From NCBI GenBank assembly GCA_041907605.1, contig JAYRGZ010000014.1, positions 5,116 to 69,115 of the forward strand: a DNA stretch of 64,000 nt, written 5' to 3'. The stretch comes from Minisyncoccota bacterium. Its GTDB lineage: Bacteria; Patescibacteriota; Minisyncoccia; Phycocordibacterales; UBA9973. A model generated the notes under the pieces. That model saw only the letters and a program-made list of their open reading frames with translations. It made no database searches and was not told the DNA's origin. Of the stretch, positions 58,684 through 64,000 are shown in pieces (the first letter of the stretch is position 1; every line of letters begins with the position of its first letter). Both the position numbers and the translations under genes were made by a program.

Positions 58684-59442
58684 ATGCTTAAACAAACACA
58701 AAATATTCTCAAAAGATTACGAGAACTAAATCAATACCAATCTGGTGAGATAAAAATTAACTCCTGGGTTGATGAATACATCGACAAATGTATTTTAAAT
58801 TCAAAAACAATAACTATTATTTCACCATATTCAATTTCTCCTAGGTTGGAGGGACGCTATAAACGCGATAAATGTTTTAAGCCCACCAATGCTGAAATAA
58901 AGTTATTTGAAAAAGAAATACCACTTATAACTGAGCTATTTTTAATTAATAGTTTAAAAGTTAATTGGTGGTTATACCTTGCTCCTTCGTGTTTAGATAG
59001 TACTAGGCTTAATATTAATTTAGAATATGAATATACTAAAATGTTACTGGATCTAAATGAGAATGGGGGAAATCAAGTAGAGATAGTACATTGGGAAAAG
59101 GATGTTCTTGGTAAAAAACAATATCCAAATCCTACATTAGCTAATGTAGATTCATTCAATTCAATAGTTGATAAAGAAATGTTTGACAGTGAGGTCAATA
59201 GGCGTCTTGGAAAATGGCTTTCCTATTTGACGCCCAATGAAATTCTTGAAGAAACTAGGTATAAAATAGCATGTGAAGCAGAAGAGGGACGAATACTCAT
59301 GGAAGAAAATCCCTTCTGTTTCCCTGGTGAATTTCTTTATATGTCCTTTAATTCATCAGAAAAGCTAAAATTTTTTTCATTAATAACGCCAGATTTTTAT
59401 AAAAGAATAGTCTCGGTGTTAAAGAAATATCCATGGAGATAA
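58684..59442 (+). CDS. Hypothetical protein (orphan, 252 aa from MLKQ; the alternative ATG at 58630 lies inside the hairpin).
   Basis: 270-aa ORF in the track. No TM segment and no family recognised; it has a W-rich segment (..KVNWWLYLAPSCL..) and an ..IISPYSISPR.. motif. Confidence 0.5.
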   Translation: MLKQTQNILKRLRELNQYQSGEIKINSWVDEYIDKCILNSKTITIISPYSISPRLEGRYKRDKCFKPTNAEIKLFEKEIPLITELFLINSLKVNWWLYLAPSCLDSTRLNINLEYEYTKMLLDLNENGGNQVEIVHWEKDVLGKKQYPNPTLANVDSFNSIVDKEMFDSEVNRRLGKWLSYLTPNEILEETRYKIACEAEEGRILMEENPFCFPGEFLYMSFNSSEKLKFFSLITPDFYKRIVSVLKKYPWR

Positions 59443-59444
59443 TT

Positions 59445-59470
59445 AAAAAGCCGGCAAAACCGGCTTTTTT
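59445..59470. terminator. Bidirectional terminator between the orphan gene (+) and the minus-strand aaRS/HIT/S66 operon.
   Basis: AAAAAGCCGGcaaaaCCGGCTTTTTT. Confidence 0.8.
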
Positions 59471-60455
59471 AGTGCTCTAAAATTTCAATTATGAGGTTTT
59501 TTCTTTTTGCATAAATCCGAGCTCTACCACCAATAGGAAAAGTGATCATCGGCGTCGTATGTCCAAAATCAACATTATAAATTATTGGAATACTCTTAGA
59601 TATCTGTTTATCCTTTAATATATACTTCATTTTTTTGATTGTCATACCTGCACCGTTTTGAAAACGACCCAATACAATTCCTTTTATTAATTTTGATTCT
59701 TTTGTATGCAGAAGTGAAGTAAGATTTCTTGAAAACTCTTCTGGAGTTAATTTACCACCAAAATCATCCTCCTCAATAAATAAAATTGAGTTGTTAAGAC
59801 TTGGCATATATTCAGTTCCTTGTAACAAATTAAGTGAACATAGATTTCCACCAATTATGGTTCCTGTAGCATTTCCTTCTTGAATTACTTCATATCCTTT
59901 GTTTTTTCTTGCCTTAATTTTCCTTTCAGAAAAATACTTTGAATTATTTATTTGGTAGGGGCTTTCATTAGTCAGGCATTTAATAAAATATTCAGTAATA
60001 TAAGAAACTATACCTTTCGTTTCTTCCATTCCTAATGTAGAAAATGAAGGACCACTGTATGTAATAAGACCAGTTTTAGCAAATATTGCATTAGATAATA
60101 CTGTTATATCACTATAGCCAATTATAGGTTTGGGGTTATTTTTTATTACAGCCCAATCTATATGTGGTAATAAATCATTTGAATTAAATCCTCCTCTGGC
60201 ACAAATTATAGCCTTTACTTTTTTATCAATAAAAGCTTTACGTAAATCATCAATTCTAGATTTTATACTAGATGATCCAAATATATCTTTTTCGTAAGCA
60301 TTTTTACTTATCGTTACATTAAATCCTAAATAATTTAATCTTAATATTGCTTTCTTAATTAAACTTCTAGGTTTAAATGTAGATATAGAAGAGGCAGGTG
60401 CAATTATACGAATTTCGTCACCCTTTTTTAGTTTTTTTGAATATATTAATTTCAT
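59469..60455 (-). CDS. S66-family serine peptidase (LD-carboxypeptidase LdcA or MccF-like).
   Basis: Nucleophile motif GYSDITVL, ..IEEDDFGG.. (Glu) and ..NVDFGHTTP.. (His): the S66 catalytic triad pattern. Confidence 0.8.
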   Translation of the reverse strand: MKLIYSKKLKKGDEIRIIAPASSISTFKPRSLIKKAILRLNYLGFNVTISKNAYEKDIFGSSSIKSRIDDLRKAFIDKKVKAIICARGGFNSNDLLPHIDWAVIKNNPKPIIGYSDITVLSNAIFAKTGLITYSGPSFSTLGMEETKGIVSYITEYFIKCLTNESPYQINNSKYFSERKIKARKNKGYEVIQEGNATGTIIGGNLCSLNLLQGTEYMPSLNNSILFIEEDDFGGKLTPEEFSRNLTSLLHTKESKLIKGIVLGRFQNGAGMTIKKMKYILKDKQISKSIPIIYNVDFGHTTPMITFPIGGRARIYAKRKNLIIEILEH

Positions 60456-60908
60456 TTATTCCCTAATTTTCTTTGCGATCTCAGCGAGCCATGCGTCATC
60501 TGCTCTTTCATAATCATGAGAGGAGATGTAGCCCTCGTATTTATCAAAAAATTTGTGTGGTTTACCAACAATTTTTTTCCATTCATCCATTTTGGTCCCG
60601 TGCATTGGGAAAAGTTTTGCATGTACATGGTTTACCCCGAATCCTTCAAATATCATTCCTGTACGTCCTACATCTTCTAGTTTTGAGTCAATCAACTTCC
60701 CCACTTTCTTCGCAGCGAGAACTAAATCAGAGAGAACTTTATCATCTAGATCAAATGCATAACTTGGATAATGTTCCTTTGTAACTACAACAGTAAATCC
60801 TGGAGTATTAGGAAAAATTGTCAGAAATGCCAAGTGCATATCATCTTCCCAGACTTTATGACACGGCAGTGCTCCTTTTACTATTTCACAAAATACACAT
60901 GTTTCCAT
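60456..60908 (-). CDS. HIT-family (histidine triad) nucleotide hydrolase-like protein.
   Basis: N-terminal CVFCEI (Zn-binding CxxC), ..FPNTPGFTVVVTKEH.., and HIT motif variant NHVHAKLFP (H-x-H-x-K). Confidence 0.72.
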   Translation of the reverse strand: METCVFCEIVKGALPCHKVWEDDMHLAFLTIFPNTPGFTVVVTKEHYPSYAFDLDDKVLSDLVLAAKKVGKLIDSKLEDVGRTGMIFEGFGVNHVHAKLFPMHGTKMDEWKKIVGKPHKFFDKYEGYISSHDYERADDAWLAEIAKKIRE

Positions 60909-60910
60909 AT

Positions 60911-62260
60911 TTAAAACCCTTCTTCGTTTAATCTTTCATCTATTCTATTCATATCTCTTGGAAACATTGAGGCCTCGCGTATATTTTTTAATTCAAGTAT
61001 CTGCATAGTTATCCTTTCGGCCCCTAAAGCAAATCCCCCTTCAGGTGGAACACCATATTTAAATGCTTCTAGAAACATATTTATTTTTGATGGATCCATT
61101 TTCCATGTCTTAACGTGATCGAGTAGTTGATTATAATCGTTTACTCTTCTACCACCGGATAACCATTCTACTCCTCTGCACAATAAATCCATTCCCTGGT
61201 TAAATTCCGGTTTTTCAGGATCAGGAAATACATAAAATGGCTTTTGTCGAGTTGGATAACCATATATAAAAACAAAATCAGACCCAGTCTCTTCTTTTAT
61301 TATTTCACAAATCTCTCGCTCATCTTGTGGGTTTGTATCCTTTTCTCCACGAACATCTCTTCCAGATTTTTCAAAAATTTTTTGTTGTGCTTCTGTTAAA
61401 GAAATCGTAGGGGTCTTATCAATCATTACGGGTAAAGTAGCTCCAAGTAATTTCAAATGCTCAGAATTTTTTATCTCAATTTGCTTAAGCATATATCTAA
61501 TTGTATTTTCAGCCATATCACGTACATCTGTCCATGAATCAATAAATCCCATCTCTGCGTCCAGAGAAACTATTTCAGTTAGGTGCCTAGTAGTTGACGA
61601 AGGTTCTGCACGAAATACTTTATTAACTGAAAAACATCTTTCAAAAGCTGACATTACAATCTGCTTATAAAGTTGTGGTGACTGAGTTAAATATGCCTTC
61701 TTATCAAAATATCCTATTTGAAATACTTCGGCTCCACCTTCTGCAGTAGCTGGAGTAATAGAAGGTGCTTGAAATTCAAAAAACATATTTTGTTTCATAA
61801 ATTCACGAAATGAATCTATCACAGTTTCTTGCACTTTAAATACAGCTTGGACTTTTGATTGCCTAAGAACAAGAGATCGATTATCTAATTCAGTAGTTAA
61901 TTCCAGGTTGTATCCTTCGTTTGATAGATCAAATGGTAGAGGTGCAGCTTTAGAAAGTACCTCAATACTTAAAATCTCAAGTTCAATATCTCCGTTTAGT
62001 ACTCCCTCTTTTATGTTGCGCTCTGGACGCTTGTTTACTAGTCCATTTATCTTTAGCACCCATTCATTACGCACCTCTTTAGCAGCCTCTATCGCCTCTA
62101 TATGGCTTGGCAGCACAACACATTGCACCTTTCCAGACATGTCTCGTATATCCATGAAAACCATCTTTCCTTGGTCACGACGCACATCCACCCATCCAGC
62201 AATTGTGGTCTCAGTACCTATTTTTTGGTTTAAATCTTTTATATATGTTCGGTTTTGCAT
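60911..62260 (-). CDS. aspS: Aspartyl-tRNA synthetase, archaeal/eukaryal class IIb type (likely non-discriminating; AsnRS not fully excluded).
   Basis: N-terminal OB fold (..IAGWVDVRRDQGKMVFMDIRD..); motif 2 ..FRAEPSSTTRHLTEIVSLDAEMGF.. (LDxEMxF favours AspRS over AsnRS); motif 3 ..GGFALGAERI... gatB is present in the window. Confidence 0.78.
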   Translation of the reverse strand: MQNRTYIKDLNQKIGTETTIAGWVDVRRDQGKMVFMDIRDMSGKVQCVVLPSHIEAIEAAKEVRNEWVLKINGLVNKRPERNIKEGVLNGDIELEILSIEVLSKAAPLPFDLSNEGYNLELTTELDNRSLVLRQSKVQAVFKVQETVIDSFREFMKQNMFFEFQAPSITPATAEGGAEVFQIGYFDKKAYLTQSPQLYKQIVMSAFERCFSVNKVFRAEPSSTTRHLTEIVSLDAEMGFIDSWTDVRDMAENTIRYMLKQIEIKNSEHLKLLGATLPVMIDKTPTISLTEAQQKIFEKSGRDVRGEKDTNPQDEREICEIIKEETGSDFVFIYGYPTRQKPFYVFPDPEKPEFNQGMDLLCRGVEWLSGGRRVNDYNQLLDHVKTWKMDPSKINMFLEAFKYGVPPEGGFALGAERITMQILELKNIREASMFPRDMNRIDERLNEEGF

Positions 62261-62297
62261 GTATACGATACTACAATAAATTTACAATATTAGGAAA

Positions 62298-62525
62298 CTA
62301 GTGGGCGCTCTCAAGCATCATTTCGTACGGTACTGAAAGTACTGTCACTACTAGCCAAAGTGGAAAAATCAAAATTCTTACTAGCCAATAATCAACTGGA
62401 TTTGTTTGCCTTTTGCCTTGATACATTGCTGACACTTTTAGGAACAACAAGTTAAGTGGCAAATAAATTGCGCCAATAACTACGCAAAGAAAAAGTTTAA
62501 TTAGATGGAAAATAAATTCAAACAT
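62298..62525 (-). CDS. Small 2-TM membrane protein between trpS and aspS.
   Basis: 75 aa with two hydrophobic helices; overlaps the trpS stop. Confidence 0.4.
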   Translation of the reverse strand: MFEFIFHLIKLFLCVVIGAIYLPLNLLFLKVSAMYQGKRQTNPVDYWLVRILIFPLWLVVTVLSVPYEMMLESAH

Positions 62526-62526
62526 T

Positions 62527-63540
62527 TTAGAAATAATTTATTTGGATTGCTTCTTTTACCTTTCGGAGTGTTTCCTCAGCCATTTTATTGGCTTCCGCTG
62601 TACCGTCTCTTAAAATATCCATAACTTTCTTAGGGTCTTGTGCTAGATATTCTCTGCGCTCGCGAATCGGAGCAATGATGTCTTGCAATATTTGTGTAAG
62701 GCGCTTTTTTATAACGGTGTCTCCTAACCCACCTTTTTTGTATTGTTCTTTTAACTCTTCTAATCCCTTCTTGTCATTATCAAAAATATCTAGGTAGCTG
62801 AAAACTACATTACCCTCTACTTTTCCTGGATCTTGTACATGAATATGATCAGGGTCTGTAAACATAGCGTTCACTTTCTCTTCTATTACCTCATTACTAT
62901 CTGATAGGTAAATTGCATTGTTTAATGATTTAGACATTTTCGCTTTACCATCCACCCCAGGCAGTCTTCCTGTTTCAGATACCACAGCTTCTATTTTTGA
63001 AAAAACTTCTCCATATAAAGAATTAAACTTCTGAACTATTTCATTTGCTTGTTCAATCATTGGTAACTGATCAGCACCTACCGGCACACGATTGGCATTA
63101 ACAAACAAAATATCTGCTGCTTGAGATATTGGATACATTAGAAATCCCGCTGGTACTTCTTCACCAAAACCCTTTTGCTTCATTTCATCTTTTACTGTGG
63201 GATTACGTTTTAATCGCGCGAGGGTTACCAAGTTTAGAAATAGAACCGTAAGTTCTGCAATTCCCGGAACTTGCGATTGAATGAAAAAAGTTGTTTTTGT
63301 AGGATCAACACCACATGCTAGATTATCTAGTGCTACTTCAAGAACGTTACTTCTAACTTTGGCAGGATTATCAGCATTGTCAGTGAGTGCCTGAATATCA
63401 GCAATCATGTACCAGGACTTGTCTGCTTCACCCTGTAGATTTATACGATTCTGTATAGAGCCTATATAGTGGCCCAAATGAAGTCTACCTGTCGGTCTGT
63501 CCCCTGTAAGTACTATCTTTTTGATTTCTTTTTGTGACAT
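62527..63540 (-). CDS. trpS: Tryptophanyl-tRNA synthetase.
   Basis: ..TGDRPTGRLHLGHYIGS.. (HIGH-class motif) and KMSKS (..GKAKMSKSLNNAIYL..). Confidence 0.92.
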   Translation of the reverse strand: MSQKEIKKIVLTGDRPTGRLHLGHYIGSIQNRINLQGEADKSWYMIADIQALTDNADNPAKVRSNVLEVALDNLACGVDPTKTTFFIQSQVPGIAELTVLFLNLVTLARLKRNPTVKDEMKQKGFGEEVPAGFLMYPISQAADILFVNANRVPVGADQLPMIEQANEIVQKFNSLYGEVFSKIEAVVSETGRLPGVDGKAKMSKSLNNAIYLSDSNEVIEEKVNAMFTDPDHIHVQDPGKVEGNVVFSYLDIFDNDKKGLEELKEQYKKGGLGDTVIKKRLTQILQDIIAPIRERREYLAQDPKKVMDILRDGTAEANKMAEETLRKVKEAIQINYF

Positions 63541-63674
63541 AAGACTATTCTACCAAAATAGATACTATCCTCAAATACATCCGAATCAGGCTCTTATAAC
63601 TATACACAGGATAGCCACAGGTTTTTTAGAGAGTATATCTTAATGTTTTATAGAGGCATGCTACAATCCGGGAT

Positions 63675-64000
63675 ATGGCAAAAGAGAAATTACGAGTTCC
63701 ACCACAAAGTATTGAATCCGAGCAAGCAGTACTCGGCTCTATTATGCTTCGCCCACAAGCACTTTATGAAATTGAGGACTTGCTTACACAGGATATGTTT
63801 TATGCAGAAAAACATAAAATTATTTTCAAGGCAATTCGTGAACTTGGTTTAAAACATGAACCTATAGATTTGATTTCCCTCTCACACAAACTCCAAGAAA
63901 TGAAATTGATCGATAGTATTGGCGGTACAAGCTACCTCACAGAACTTGTAAACACCGTCCCAGCTTCAACCAATGTCAAACACTATGCTGATATCGTAAA
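63675..64000 (+). CDS. dnaB: Replicative DNA helicase DnaB, N-terminal portion (runs off the window).
   Basis: MAKEKLRVPPQSIESEQAVLGSIMLRPQALYEIEDLLTQDMFYAEKHKIIFKAIRELGLKHEPIDLISLSHKLQEMKLIDSIGGTSYLTELVN..: the canonical DnaB N-terminal domain. Confidence 0.85.
   Translation, partial: MAKEKLRVPPQSIESEQAVLGSIMLRPQALYEIEDLLTQDMFYAEKHKIIFKAIRELGLKHEPIDLISLSHKLQEMKLIDSIGGTSYLTELVNTVPASTNVKHYADIV

Noticed and set aside
58684-59442. Possible cyclodipeptide-synthase (CDPS)-like identity of the orphan 252-aa protein. The basis was an ..IISPYSIS.. segment resembling the CDPS GISPFNS catalytic-serine strand, a size of ~250 aa, and proximity to aaRS genes.
   Set aside because: I could not find the other CDPS signature residues (the YxxxE pair and the second Tyr) in the right spacing, and the single short motif is too weak to rely on. 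A profile search (Pfam CDPS PF16715) would settle it.

Overview
Low-GC (~36%), gene-dense bacterial chromosome segment made up almost entirely of compact housekeeping genes. It contains no rRNA, CRISPR array, transposase or integrase. Several traits fit a reduced genome of the Patescibacteria/CPR type, which is an inference from gene content, not a database result: there is no hrcA or CIRCE upstream of grpE/dnaK, transketolase is split into two genes, MetK is only 312 aa, AspRS is of the archaeal/eukaryal type and GatB is present, and several predicted promoters sit about 8-10 nt upstream of the ATG (leaderless layout). The main blocks, in order, are: grpE, a 330-aa unknown, a divergent PaaX-like regulator and dnaK; a LexA-box-controlled lexA / Y-family polymerase / Ogt-like cassette; a SAM-I/IV-like riboswitch and metK; rmuC and a Cas4-like PD-(D/E)XK nuclease; obg-gatB-gap; a pentose-phosphate/glycolysis set (rpiB, rpe, split tkt, PfkB kinase, class II FBA); rplY, rpmE-prfA, an RRM protein and tRNA-Ile(GAU); a complete F1Fo ATP synthase operon with two copies of an intergenic palindromic element; trhO, an ATP-cone/Mrr-like nuclease fusion and rsmI; ctpA, rplI and rpmA(-); a run of secreted or membrane proteins (CAP domain, DUF1905, DoxX, M23 peptidase); a minus-strand cell-wall synthesis cluster (dacA-like, murE-like, mraY, ftsW, murG) ending in gltX; scpB/scpA; a TrpR/YerC-like regulator; and a minus-strand trpS / small-TM / aspS / HIT / LD-carboxypeptidase operon, with the dnaB N-terminus at the window edge. 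The most likely places for undescribed biology are: the aspS-HIT-S66 peptidase operon together with the structured leader and orphan 252-aa gene next to it; the ATP-cone-nuclease fusion embedded in the atp-trhO-rsmI operon; the two orphan genes after dnaK; the riboswitch; and the intra-operon repeat element. Coordinates of small motifs were indexed by hand and may be off by 1-2 nt.
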